Shown here piece by piece: positions 14,288-26,918 of a stretch of 64,000 bases of DNA. Made by a program: the position numbers and the translations under genes. How positions within the stretch are numbered: position 1 is the first letter of the stretch; every line of letters starts with the position of its first letter. The DNA is taken from NCBI GenBank assembly GCA_002104945.1, contig MCFH01000083.1, positions 1 through 64,000 on the forward strand, given 5' to 3'. The notes beneath the pieces are model-generated. The model made no database searches. It saw only the letters and a list, made by a program, of their open reading frames with translations, and was not told the DNA's origin. The stretch comes from Piromyces finnis finn (Eukaryota > Fungi > Neocallimastigomycota).

Positions 14288-15327
14288 TCCTTTATATTTG
14301 GGTTATTATTTATACATTTATTACAATAAATATAAAATTTCCTTCACATATTAGAATAATTATTTGTTTTTATGCGCTTGATAAAAATATTAAATCTACA
14401 AATAAATAAAATTATTATTATTTCTATATTTCTGTCGCTAATATTAATATAACATTTATACATTTATTATTATTATTATTATTATTAATATACTAGAATT
14501 ATTAAAAAAAAGAAAAACTAAAATGTCATCTACTAAAGAAATTTTTAATCCAGATTATATAATTGAAATGCTTGTTTGGCATATACAATTGAACGTATGC
14601 TTATCCGTTAACCAATTCTAAATACTTTAATGATCATTATTACAGTATTTAAAGTAATCCGAGTAAACAAAATCAACCATTTCAATAACTTACTCAATCA
14701 TATATTCAATCCATTCCTTTTTATAACATTTAATATAAAACACATTTAAAATTATATTAATTTACCATCATTAATTTAATGTAAAACAGATACTAAGTAT
14801 TTAACATATAATAGTAAATTTAAATATACATTTTAATAAATATATGGCTTGATTGTATAAAGAATATAATACATAACCCCATTAATATAATTTAAATATG
14901 AAATTAAATACGAAATATAATGAAAATATTAAACAACATAATTTAATTATCAATATTTAATTTAATATATTGATGAATTTTATCCATATCAATCTATACT
15001 CTTTTCAAAATTGAAATATTACCATAAAATTATGTTGTATATATTTAACATACTTATAAACTTTATATTATATTTATTTTATAATATTTAAAATTTATTA
15101 ATATATAGTACATGAAAAATTTATTTTTTATCTACAATTTACGGCTTGGTTCTAAATACTATATATTTAATACATTAAATATATATAAATAAAATGATGG
15201 ATTTGTTGAACAATGTAGTAAATTAATATAATTTTAATTATTTTAGAATATAGTAATAATTTCCTTTTTAATTAATATATATTAAAAAAATTTTTTTTAT
15301 GTTGCATCTAAATTCTAAATAATATAA

Positions 15328-15383
<56 letters not shown>

Positions 15384-15534
15384 AAGGATATAAAAGTAAA
15401 AAAATTATTATGTTAATATTTTTTTTAAAAAAAAAATAAAAATTGAAAGGGTTTAATTATTTTTAAACTAAAAATAATTAATTTAAAATATATTAAAATA
15501 TATAAAAATATATAAAATAAACTAAAAAATAAAA

Positions 15535-16764
15535 ATGAAATTTTGTTATATTCTATTAATTGGTTTATTTGTAGTTGTATTTTCTAATGCTCAAACAACT
15601 ACTTATATGAACCCTTCTTATGAATATATATCAAAACAAACAAGCCTCCCTTCAAAAATTCCACTAAACCCACCGATAGCTGAAAAAACTATTACAACTA
15701 CAATGAAAACTGTATTCATTACAACTACCAAGACTGCTTCTGCAACATTATTACCCTTACCTGACGATATAAACTATTGTAAAGACAATAATACTTGTGA
15801 TATTATTTACATTAGGGATAAATATGGTGAATGGAGTATTGAAAATGCAAAATGGTGTTTTTGTGGACGTGATACAAGAACTTTTACTAAAGCATTACCA
15901 GTATATACCACCACTGCTACTTCAACCAAGACTATCCCAACTTCTACCACCACTGCTACTTCAACCAAGACTATCCCAACTTCTACCACCACTGCTACTT
16001 CAACCAAGACTATCCCAACTTCTACCACCACTGCTACTTCAACCAAGACTATCCCAACTTCTACCACCACTGCTACTTCAACCAAGACTATCCCAACTTC
16101 TACCACCACTGCTACTTCAACCAAGACTATCCCAACTTCTACCACCACTGCTACTTCAACCAAGACTATCCCAACTTCTACCACCACTGCTACTTCAACC
16201 AAGACTATCCCAACTTCTACCACCACTGCTACTTCAACCAAGACTATCCCAACTTCTACCACCACTGCTACTTCAACCAAGACTATCCCAACTTCTACCA
16301 CCACTGCTACTTCAACCAAGACTATCCCAACTTCTACCACCACCACTGCTACTTCAACCAAGACTATCCCAACTTCTACCACCACTGCTACTTCAACCAA
16401 GACTATCCCAACTTCTACCACCACTGCTACTTCAACCAAGACTATCCCAACTTCTACCACCACTGCTACTTCAACCAAGACTATCCCAACTTCTACCACC
16501 ACTGCTACTTCAACCAAGACTATCCCAACAATATCAACATCAGATTTTAATTGTTTACCAATTACAATTACTGTCACTAAAAAGGTTACTGTTACTGAAA
16601 AAGTTACCGTTACCATAAATTCATCTGAGCCAACAAGTCAATCACAAGAGAATTGTGTTAAAAAATGGGCGCAATGTGGTGGTATTGGTTATTCTGGTCC
16701 AACATGTTGTGAACAAGGTACTACCTGTCATGAATATAACCAATTCTACTCTCAATGTATTTAA
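15535..16764 (+). CDS. Secreted non-catalytic protein: degenerate dockerin + Thr-rich linker + CBM1
   Basis: Signal peptide; CDIIYIRDKYGEWSIENAKWC (dockerin-like); 39-bp repeats; CVKKWAQCGGIGYSGPTCC...FYSQC (CBM1). Confidence 0.85.
   Translation: MKFCYILLIGLFVVVFSNAQTTTYMNPSYEYISKQTSLPSKIPLNPPIAEKTITTTMKTVFITTTKTASATLLPLPDDINYCKDNNTCDIIYIRDKYGEWSIENAKWCFCGRDTRTFTKALPVYTTTATSTKTIPTSTTTATSTKTIPTSTTTATSTKTIPTSTTTATSTKTIPTSTTTATSTKTIPTSTTTATSTKTIPTSTTTATSTKTIPTSTTTATSTKTIPTSTTTATSTKTIPTSTTTATSTKTIPTSTTTATSTKTIPTSTTTTATSTKTIPTSTTTATSTKTIPTSTTTATSTKTIPTSTTTATSTKTIPTSTTTATSTKTIPTISTSDFNCLPITITVTKKVTVTEKVTVTINSSEPTSQSQENCVKKWAQCGGIGYSGPTCCEQGTTCHEYNQFYSQCI
15901..16530 (+). repeat. 39-bp coding tandem repeat (KTIPTSTTTATST), 16 KTIP occurrences, one unit with an extra Thr
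   Basis: First aag at 15928 and last at 16516, a span of 15x39+3 bp. Confidence 0.9.
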
Positions 16765-17917
16765 ACTTTAGGTAAAATATAAAAAAATAAAACTAATAAA
16801 AATATAATTTAAAGTATAAATAAATACATTAATAATTAATATATATATATATTGATCATGCATGTATTTAAATATATTTTAATAAAATATTAAAAATATC
16901 TTTTTAGTAATCATTTTATTGCTAAATTATTTTATAAAACATATTACTTATTTTATAAGCATAATTTATAAAATTCAATGTAATTAATTAATAAAACTAT
17001 TATAAATTCTTTATAATATAAAATCCCAATAAAATTTTCAAAAGAAATTGAAAGTATTTGACATATCTAACTTCTTAATTTGTAATATTTGTTTTGTTAT
17101 TTCTATTGTTGTTATTTATTAGTAAAATATTTATATATATATATATATATATATTTTTCTTTTTGATATAATTCATTTAAGATTTTAATCATTAGAATTC
17201 ATTAGAAATGCAATAGAGAAATATGATATTATCTTGTTTTTACATAAAAAAATTTGTTTTTTTAATACGTTAAAAAATTTTCACTGATAAAATCCTTATT
17301 ATTATAAATTAATAATTGACAATTATTATTAAATGATTTTTGAATAATAATCTTCATTAGATTCAATATAACAAATTTTTTAGGAATTTTGAAATGATCA
17401 TTTAATAAAAGAATTTTTAAAAAGAAAATGATTTTTGATCGGAAAAAGAAAGACAATCAATAGTAAAAAGGGTTAAGTAGATAGGCTTCAAAATAACAGA
17501 TTATTATGAATGAATTTTAAACAAGCATCATAAAAGGTACTTTTATGAATTTATTTTAAAATGGTATAAAAATTACAAATTACAAATAGACAACGCCAAA
17601 AATATATCGTTTATTAAACAATTATAAAGACTATTAATAGAAAATAAATTTTATCCAGTAAATACATTATAGGAAATAAATTATAAGATATTTATACAGT
17701 TAGATGGAACACACATTTATAATTATAATTTTTAATAATTCATTTTTTTTGTTTTATATTTTTATAATATATTTTATTTTTTATTTATATTTTATATATT
17801 TAGTTTGTTGTTACTATTCTTTTTAACTATTACTATAAATAATATATATTAATAATATTTTATTTTATTTTTTATTTATTAATTTATTATAGTATCGATT
17901 TCTTTTACATTTTAATT

Positions 17918-18280
17918 TTAATAATTGTTACAAGATGGTTTAAGAGCACACCAATCATGGTTATTTGTGTGGTACCATTTACCAAATTCATCTTCATAAT
18001 TAGATTGACAATGATCGCAACACACATAACCTATTCTAATTATAGACTCTGGACAATCCTTACTAATTTCGAAGTCTTCTCCACCACAGCCACACCATTC
18101 GTTATTTTCAGCTCCCCAGTCACCATCAACATCAGTGTAAATAACATCACAAGGTTCTTTACAACATTTATAACCTAAATCTTTAACTCTTTGATAACAA
18201 TTAGAAATTTTATTATCTCCATAAGAATGGACAGTAGCAATTATGGCAGTAAAAATAGTAATGGCGAAGAATAATTTCAT
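17918..18280 (-). CDS. Secreted miniprotein with two fungal dockerin (CBM10-like) domains
   Basis: Signal peptide; [28 protein letters not shown] and [25 protein letters not shown]. Confidence 0.9.
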   Translation of the reverse strand: MKLFFAITIFTAIIATVHSYGDNKISNCYQRVKDLGYKCCKEPCDVIYTDVDGDWGAENNEWCGCGGEDFEISKDCPESIIRIGYVCCDHCQSNYEDEFGKWYHTNNHDWCALKPSCNNY

Positions 18281-19044
18281 TTTTTTTTTTTTTATTAAAT
18301 ATAATTATTTAAAATTTTTATTTTTAATTTAAAAAAAAAGACTTATATATAGCTTTTTATATTAATAATATTTTTTTAAATAAAAAACAAAAAAAAAATA
18401 TACAAATAATTATTATAATTAATAATATATAATTACATATGTTACAATTTATATACTATATATATTATAGAATATATTTTATATTTGTATAGGCTTTATA
18501 ATTGTTTATTGTATAATTATTATAATTATATGTATTGTTTATATATTGTATTGTATAATTGTATATATTTTAATTAGATATAAAGTCTCTCTTTTTTTTT
18601 TTTTGTGAAACATAATTTATTGTTTCTTTTTTTTTTGTGAAACATAATTTATTGTTTCTAAGTTTCTAAACGAAATTGAATATTTTCAAAATTGGATACA
18701 AATAAATTAATTTATATTTAGAATCATAATATATATATATATTTTTTTAATTATACTCAATTAATAATACTTTTTTTGTATATTATAATTTATGATTTTA
18801 TATATGATTATATATATAAATAATATAAATAATAAATAAAAATGCATTAAAAATTTTTTATATTAAATTTTAATATATAATATATATTTAATTTTATTAT
18901 TATATATTGATATTATAATAACAAAAATAGATATAAATAAATTAATGTTTGGCAAAAGTTTTGAAAAAACAAAAAAGATTGCAATTATTATAATTGTAAA
19001 ATCCATATTCAACAAATTAAAGGGATAAAATAAAAATAAAAACC

Positions 19045-21083
19045 ATGATAAAATTAAAATTAATATTATTTTATATTACATTTATTTTTGCTTGGGTTAG
19101 ACCATTTGATCTTGAATCATTTTTATCTATACCTGAAGGAATAAACGAAGTATTTGAAAATAATCATATTTCTAATTCCGAAAATACCGGCGAAATAAGG
19201 GATATTTCTAATGATGATGTTTCTTATTCTAGTTTTACGGAAAACATTAATAAAAAATTAAAACGAGATTTGCATGAAGAACTAGATTATATTAAAATTT
19301 CAGAAGAATATCTTAAAAGTGTAACGTCTGTTGATTTTAAAATAATTAAATGTAATGTGTTAAAAGATAATAATCTAGTTTCAATCCATTTTTACCAGGT
19401 TATTAAAGATATTACTGTAATAAATACTTATGCCGTGGTGAATGTTAATTATTATAATGGATCAATTATTAGTAGTAGATATTCTTTCTTCAATGAAACT
19501 ACTAGTATTGATTCAGTTCAAGATATGAAAGAAATGCTATGCGATATAGTAAATTCATTTATAAAGTATTTGGGATATGAAAATAATAAAGGCAATCAAA
19601 TGTTTATTGATTTCAATGAAGATGATAACGTATATGAAGTTTTTAATGACAACTTTATGGAAGTTAATATTAAACTCAAATTATGCTATATTGTTAATGA
19701 AGGGAAAGCAAATATTATTGTTTCCTTTCATTAAAAGAAAATGATAATTTTAAAAAATATATTTATATTAAGTCATCTAATGAATTTTATGAATTAAATG
19801 ATAATAATGGAATTACAATGAACGTCGTCCCTTTAACCAATAATAACATTCTTGAGGGTACAAAAATAATATATAATCCAGAATCTTTGGATTATTCTCC
19901 TCAAGGATGGAATAGGGAAAATAAGATTTATTATGAAGTAACAATAGGAAATAATGTGCGTGTTATACGCATTCCAGCAGTAGGGATTTCAACCTCTTCA
20001 TCTATGAACAGTCAAGGCTTATTTAATCATTATTATGACTACAAAAGGGGAATTAATGATTCTAATAATACAGATTTTATTTTGGATAATATATTTTATG
20101 TAATGAATATGGCCCACGACATGTTCGCTTTTGCCGGATTTGACGAAAAAGAAAAGAACATGCAGACCTATTATTTCAATTATAATAATCAAGAGAGAAA
20201 TTATTATTCCAAGGGAGGTAACCTTCACGTTACCTTAAACCATAATAAAAAATTTGAAAATGGTTCTAATAATATATGCGAATCTACTTACGACACAAAC
20301 TTCAAGGAATCTAAAATTACTCTAGGAACCTTTTTTGTTAACGGAGAAGTTAGAAGTTCTGGGTTAGATAATGGTGTATTAATTCATGAATATACACATT
20401 TAGTTTTTGAGCATTTAGTTAAAAATGATGAAGGTTTCAATTGTTCATTTAATAGAGAATCAGAATGCTTAAATGAAGGCACAGCCGATTTTTTTGCTGA
20501 AGCTTTTCATTATAAAAAAACTAATAATAAGAATGATGAATATGTTATAGGTAAGTACCTTAATATCACAAGATATGCTGTTATATCATCCGATAAGAAT
20601 GTTAGCCCTTTACATTATGGTGATTTTAACTATAGAAATGGAAATAGCAAGTACAAATATTTAGGAGGCGCTATTTGGCATTCTATGCTTCATGATGCTC
20701 TTTATAATCTCTGCGAAAAATATAACTGCGAAGAAATCACAAGTGATAAGATTAGAAGATATGAAAATGATGAAGAACCACCCATGAACTATTTATTTAT
20801 GAAATACATAATTGAAGCCTTAAAATTAACTGGATGCCAACCAACATTCCTACAATTAAGAAATGAAATACTTAACCTATCTCTTAGTGACAAAAATATC
20901 AAAAATAATAAAGATGTCTACTGTCGTATCTATGCCGGATTTGCCAATAGATATTTTGGGGTCGATGCTGAAAAAATAAGGATAAGTTCTAATGATAGAG
21001 CTGTTTTAGCTGCGGGAAACGTCAGCAGTAAACTACCTTCTCTTTGTGGTAATGATTATGATTATTTAATTGAAAATATTTAA
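19045..21083 (+). pseudogene. M36 fungalysin 1, copy 2 (single 1-nt deletion near 19722)
   Basis: ATTGTTTCC vs ATTGTTGTCC in copy 1; HEYTH and NEGTAD motifs. Restoring one base gives 679 aa. Confidence 0.85.
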
Positions 21084-21573
21084 ATACTTTATAAATATCT
21101 TTTGTTTAAAACAAAGTGATGTGATACAGTAAATAAAAGAAAAAAAGAAATAAATAAAATAAATAGTAGAATTAGAAGAAAAAAAAAGAAATAAATAAAA
21201 TAAATAGTAGAATTAGAAGAAAAAAAAGAAATAAATAAAATAAATAAAGGATTACGATTTAAAAATATAAATATTATTAAAGTAAATTTATTTACATGAT
21301 TTTAAAAGATTTTTTTCACTTTTTTATTTATAATTTTATTAATATTTTATTTTGAATGTATTAGCATTTATATTTATATTTCTTTTCATGATACATTTTT
21401 AATAAGGATAATTATTATTTTTTATTTTATTTTATTTTAAGTTATCATGTTTAATATCTTAATTGATAAATACTTTTTTTTGTTTATTTCATAAAATGTT
21501 AATATAAAAAGTATAAAAGAAATTATTATTATTTTTTTTGTTTGTAAATACATATTTAATCATTAAAGCCATT

Positions 21574-21945
21574 TTAGCTTTCTATTTTTTTTGGGCAAAA
21601 TCTTTCATACTTTACACCGCATCTTCTGCCATCTTCCCAAGCCCATTTAATACCATCTTCTTTTTCTATTTCAGAATCGTAATGACATGTTCGGCAGCAG
21701 TTATAGCCTTTATAAAAAACTTCTGGTGGGCATTTTTGACTAGAACGGAAATCGCCTCCACAACCACACCACTCATTATTTTGAAATGCCCAATCACCAT
21801 CATCATCAGTATAAATAACAGTACATGGTAGACTACAACATAAATAACCGAGTCTTATAACGTCACCAGAGCAACGTGATATTTCAACACAAACACAGAA
21901 ATTTATTATAGAAATTATAAATAAAATTAAATTTATTAATTTCAT
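21574..21945 (-). CDS. Tandem-dockerin-only miniprotein, copy 2
   Basis: Same translation as 3633-4004. Confidence 0.85.
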   Translation of the reverse strand: MKLINLILFIISIINFCVCVEISRCSGDVIRLGYLCCSLPCTVIYTDDDGDWAFQNNEWCGCGGDFRSSQKCPPEVFYKGYNCCRTCHYDSEIEKEDGIKWAWEDGRRCGVKYERFCPKKIES

Positions 21946-22914
21946 TTTTTTTTCCTATTTTTACTTTTTACTAATAGTGAATTAATATTCAATGCAAACG
22001 AAGATATATATTTTTCAATTTATGTATACATACATACATACATACATACATATGTATTTTATTTTATTTTATTTTATTTTTTTTTTTTGAATTTTAAAAA
22101 AGTATTTTTATAGAACAATTTATATAAATTTTTAAAACTTTTTTTTTTGTATTTTATGAACATACAACAATCCATTTATTAATTTATTATTATTTCTGTA
22201 TATATAATATATATAATATATATAAAGTTTAATTTATTATATAATCTATAATAATATATGGAAATAATGGAAATAATATATTAAATATATCAAAATATCA
22301 AAAAAATAGATAAACATAAACAGAAAAAATAAACAAAATTGTTTTATATATGAGGATCATGGAAAATAAATTTAATAAAACTTTAATTTCTTTTTTTTTT
22401 TTTTTTAATTTATTTTGTACATAATTTACCCCTTTATGTTTTTTGTATATGCTACACAACTAGTTATTAATTTTTTTTTTCTTTTTTTAAAATAATATAT
22501 TTATATATACACTTAATATATAGCAATAAATAATAGTAAAATAATAAATTATAATATAAATATATATATTAAGTTAGATTTTTCTTTTTTTCCTTTTAAA
22601 ATAAAAAAAAATATATTAAATAGAAAATAGAAAAAATGTATAAATATTTATTACAATAATAATTTTAAATAAATAAATAAATATAGATATTAATTTGTAA
22701 TAAAGTATCTATTATTAAAAAAAAAAAAAAAAGTTTTTTGTAATAATTATAATTTAATAACCAAAGAGAAATAATAAAAAGGTCTATTTATATTAATATT
22801 TTTTAAGTTGATGTTTTAAAATAATAAAGTAAAAGTTTTTAATCATAAAAATAAAAAAATAAACATAAAATTAAAAGTTAAATTAATAAACAAAAACATA
22901 ATTTCTTATTAAAA

Positions 22915-24117
22915 ATGAAAACCTCACAATTATTATTTTGTGTTATTTTTTTGGCAGCTTTATCTTTTATTAATGCTTCTAATTCTGATTATACCACTGT
23001 AAATGCCGCCGCTAAAACTATACCAGGTCAACCAACTGATCCTGCTGAAAAAGAAAAATTCTGTGAAGGTCGAACTCCTGTAACACCTTTACCTGGATAT
23101 AAAGAAGAATGTCTTCGAGTAGGCGGAGTTTGGAAACTAAGACATGAATATTGTTTCGATACTTATTACTGTGATTATTCTGGAATAACAACAACTACAA
23201 CAACCACCCTTCCTACCCTTAGAACAATACCAATTTTTACTAAATCAAAACTAGCCACTACTTCCACCATAACTCTTTCAACAAGCACTGCGGAAATTAT
23301 TGGTACTAGACCTCTTCCACTTTTTTCAACTTCTATTATCTCAACCCCTACCAAGGCTATTCCTACCACTACTACTACCACTACTACCAAGGCTATTCCT
23401 ACCACTACTACTACCACTACTACCAAGGCTATTCCTACCACTACTACTACCACTACTACCAAGGCTATTCCTACCACTACTACTACCACTACTACCAAGG
23501 CTATTCCTACCACTACTACTACCACTACTACCAAGGCTATTCCTACCACTACTACTACCACTACTACCAAGGCTATTCCTACCACTACTACTACCACTAC
23601 TACCAAGGCTATTCCTACCACTACTACTACCACTACTACCAAGGCTATTCCTACCACTACTACTACCACTACTACCAAGGCTATTCCTACCACTACTACT
23701 ACCACTACTACCAAGGCTATTCCTACCACTACTACTACCACTACTACCAAGGCTATTCCTACCACTACTACTACCACTACTACCAAGGCTATTCCTACCA
23801 CTACTACTACCACTACTACCAAGGCTATTCCTACCACTACTACTACCACTACTACCAAGGCTATTCCTACCACTACTACTTCAACCAAAACTATAACAAG
23901 TAAACCAAGTGCATGTTCTTCAATTACTGTGACTGTTACTGAAATTGATATTGTTACTATTACTGAAACAATTAAAGTAACATCAACTACTATTAATTAT
24001 CAAAATTGTGCTATTAAATGGGGACAATGTGGTGGTGTAGGTTTTAACGGTCCTACATGTTGTCAATCAGGTTCAAAATGTGTATTTGTTAATGATTATT
24101 ATTCTCAATGTATTTAA
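22915..24117 (+). CDS. Secreted Cys-rich module + Thr-rich linker + CBM1 protein (intact, 400 aa)
   Basis: Signal peptide, four-Cys N-terminal module, 14 full [12 protein letters not shown] units plus a partial unit (from 23353), and a C-terminal CBM1. Confidence 0.9.
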   Translation: MKTSQLLFCVIFLAALSFINASNSDYTTVNAAAKTIPGQPTDPAEKEKFCEGRTPVTPLPGYKEECLRVGGVWKLRHEYCFDTYYCDYSGITTTTTTTLPTLRTIPIFTKSKLATTSTITLSTSTAEIIGTRPLPLFSTSIISTPTKAIPTTTTTTTTKAIPTTTTTTTTKAIPTTTTTTTTKAIPTTTTTTTTKAIPTTTTTTTTKAIPTTTTTTTTKAIPTTTTTTTTKAIPTTTTTTTTKAIPTTTTTTTTKAIPTTTTTTTTKAIPTTTTTTTTKAIPTTTTTTTTKAIPTTTTTTTTKAIPTTTTTTTTKAIPTTTTSTKTITSKPSACSSITVTVTEIDIVTITETIKVTSTTINYQNCAIKWGQCGGVGFNGPTCCQSGSKCVFVNDYYSQCI

Positions 24118-24947
24118 TATATGGATTTTTTTTAAAGAAAATAATCTTATAATGAAAAAAAAAATTAATATTACTTAGCTTATATGAAAGGAAAAAAAAT
24201 CTCTAGTAAATTAAAAATAAAATAAAAATAAAAAATGTTTTTTTTTTTTTAAATTGAATAAAAATAAAATAAATCAAGTCTAAACATCAAGACAAAACTA
24301 AATTAAACAAAACTAAAAAAAAAAATAATAGTGAATATAGGAATGAAAAAAGTAATGAAATATTCTATTAGAAAGTTAAGATAATTTAATAAAAATACAA
24401 AGTTACGACTAAAATAAACTTAAATAAATTGAAGGTTCCTTTTATTGTGTTATGAATATTCGGGTGTTCATATCATTTCTACTAAATTTTGAAAACAAAA
24501 AATGTATACATAATATATGCTAAAGTTAATAAAGCCACTAAATCAATATATATTATAAATTATATATTATATATTAAAATAACTAACATAATCATTATAT
24601 AATAATAATAATCATCAAAGTAACTCTCATTTATGATACATACATAAAACAGATAATAAACCTTAATTATTCATTTATAATAGATTATAATAAAATAATT
24701 ATTTATAATTTATATATATATATATATATATATATAGATATATATATATATTTTTTTTGTACTCAAATTCTACAAATGACTCATCGTTTGTGTTTTATTT
24801 CAAAGAAATAAAAAATTAATATATTTCTATTATTCTATTAAATGTATATATATTATAAATACAATTATAGGGTTAAAAAATATTTATATAAATATAAATA
24901 AGATATATAATAATCAATTTAAATATTCAAAAATAAATTACAAAAAA

Positions 24948-26918
24948 ATGAAGTTAAATATTATTTTAAGTATTATTCAATCTTTGTTGCCATTAAGCTT
25001 GGCTGCCACACTTAGGGAATCCGCCTCTCATGTAAAAGATATATACTTGCCTGACCCATCAGTTACCTATTACAATGACACTGAAGGCTACCCAAATCAA
25101 GATTTCGTCAAACATATAAATACTAATCATATTGATCCAAATACCCCGGATTATCTTGAACAAATTTATGATTTTAGAAAAATTGCTACTGATTTTATCA
25201 ATTATTCTTTTCCTGAACTAGAAATATCTGATTATTCAAGTATTACTTATGGAGAAAATTCTATTTTAGTGGGTTATCACAATAAACAAACTATTAATAG
25301 CATTCCAGTTTTGAACTCAGATATTACAATTACAATTAATGCTGAAACTGGATTAATTATTAATAAAAGTTTTTTAACAATTAATAATGTTAGTGACGTA
25401 GAAACTTCCGATATATTGAATGCTGATGATATAACTAAAAAAATAAATCTAATAGAAGCAATAAATATTATTACTAAAGAATATGAATTATTTGAAGATG
25501 AATTTAACTATAATGATGTTATTTTCACACAAGATCCAATCGAAAAAGGAATTATTATAAAAAATGTACCATTTACTACAGATAAGAAAATTATTGCCAA
25601 GATGGGGTATTATGGTACAAAAGAAGAAAATGAAGAAACAAAATTAAATTTAATTTGGAATATTAAATTTAATTATGAGTATCAATATTATACTATTCAA
25701 TATGATATTCCCCAAAAAAAAATACTAACCGTTTATGATAATATAAGTAACTTAAATGTTATTCCATATGACAATATGGGAACTATTGATGGGGATGATT
25801 GGTACTTTAAAATAATCGAAAACGCCTTTATTAAAAATGCTTCACCAAACGGCTGGAATAAAGTTGGAAATATCAATTATTATGTTACAATGGGCAATAA
25901 TGCACGAGTATATTCAAACATTGAAAATCGTGAAACAATTGCTGATTATAACCAACAATTTAATTTCAGATATAATAAAAACTTTAGTAATGATAAAAAC
26001 AAAGAAGCTAGTGTAACCAATACATTTTATCTTATCAATTTAATGCATGATATATTTTTTAATCTTGGATTTACTGAAGAAAAAGGTAATTTCCAAGTTG
26101 AAAATTATTCAGGAAAAGGTATTGGTAATGATCCAATGACTGTTATTATTCATAACTATCATTTTGCTTCTGACGCAGTAGAAATGAATGGTAAAGATCT
26201 TGTAAGAAAATACTTTTACCAAAATTGTCCGTTTATGTGTACATCTACACCTTCCGATGGACAATATCCAATAATTCATATGACTAATTTAGATTATGCT
26301 ACTGCTAATCATGGAATTATTCATGAATACACCCATGCAGTTACTCGAAGAATGTCATCCTATGGTAGAAACGATAATTGCTTTTCCGATGGTAATTCCA
26401 GCGAAATGAATGAAGCACTCAGTGAATTTTTCGCATCTTCTATTGCTTTTAAGAAAAAAAACAATCCAACTAAATTTGGTGATTTGTATACTGTACCAGA
26501 TATAAGTAAGTATGCTCACGCTTTTGGGGAATTTTTTGCTGGTGCTCTAAGTGACGCTTTTTTCTTAGTTTGTGATTATTATAGATGTGATCCAAATATG
26601 TTACAAGAATTTGGTAATATGGAATTGTATGAACTTCCATATAATGTAATCTTCTTGACCAATGTTTTAAATGCTTTATCACATGTTACTTGCAAGCCAT
26701 ATTATATTGATTTAAGAAATGCTATTATCGAAGAAGCTGAGAATAATTATATAATTAGAGACGACAAATTCTTTAAATGTTTATTGTGGATTGGTTTTGC
26801 TAAAAGAGGTCTTGGCTATAACGCTAATAATGAAATAGAATATAGAAATGGAAATTATCATTATATCAACAATTATGATGTTCCAGAAAGTTGTAAAGAT
26901 TATTCCTATTTAATTTAA
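24948..26918 (+). CDS. M36 fungalysin metalloprotease 2 (intact, 656 aa)
   Basis: Signal peptide, propeptide, TMGNNA, FYLINLMHDIFFNLGFTEEKGNFQ..N...GIGND, HEYTH, downstream Glu in MNEALSE, and FAKRGLG. Confidence 0.92.
   Translation: MKLNIILSIIQSLLPLSLAATLRESASHVKDIYLPDPSVTYYNDTEGYPNQDFVKHINTNHIDPNTPDYLEQIYDFRKIATDFINYSFPELEISDYSSITYGENSILVGYHNKQTINSIPVLNSDITITINAETGLIINKSFLTINNVSDVETSDILNADDITKKINLIEAINIITKEYELFEDEFNYNDVIFTQDPIEKGIIIKNVPFTTDKKIIAKMGYYGTKEENEETKLNLIWNIKFNYEYQYYTIQYDIPQKKILTVYDNISNLNVIPYDNMGTIDGDDWYFKIIENAFIKNASPNGWNKVGNINYYVTMGNNARVYSNIENRETIADYNQQFNFRYNKNFSNDKNKEASVTNTFYLINLMHDIFFNLGFTEEKGNFQVENYSGKGIGNDPMTVIIHNYHFASDAVEMNGKDLVRKYFYQNCPFMCTSTPSDGQYPIIHMTNLDYATANHGIIHEYTHAVTRRMSSYGRNDNCFSDGNSSEMNEALSEFFASSIAFKKKNNPTKFGDLYTVPDISKYAHAFGEFFAGALSDAFFLVCDYYRCDPNMLQEFGNMELYELPYNVIFLTNVLNALSHVTCKPYYIDLRNAIIEEAENNYIIRDDKFFKCLLWIGFAKRGLGYNANNEIEYRNGNYHYINNYDVPESCKDYSYLI

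Larger units (their letters stand above)
1..14306 (+). repeat. Segmental duplication copy 1 (starts before window); partner is 17949-38270
   Basis: Position 1 aligns with 17949. All genes and intergenic AT tracts recur at an offset of ~17.94-17.97 kb up to the GTTAT at 14302-14306, which corresponds to 38266-38270. Confidence 0.95.

Noticed and set aside
14520-14700. Codon-like patch (minus strand EMVDFVYSDYFKYC...)
   Set aside because: Short, stop-interrupted and not assignable to any family by eye.
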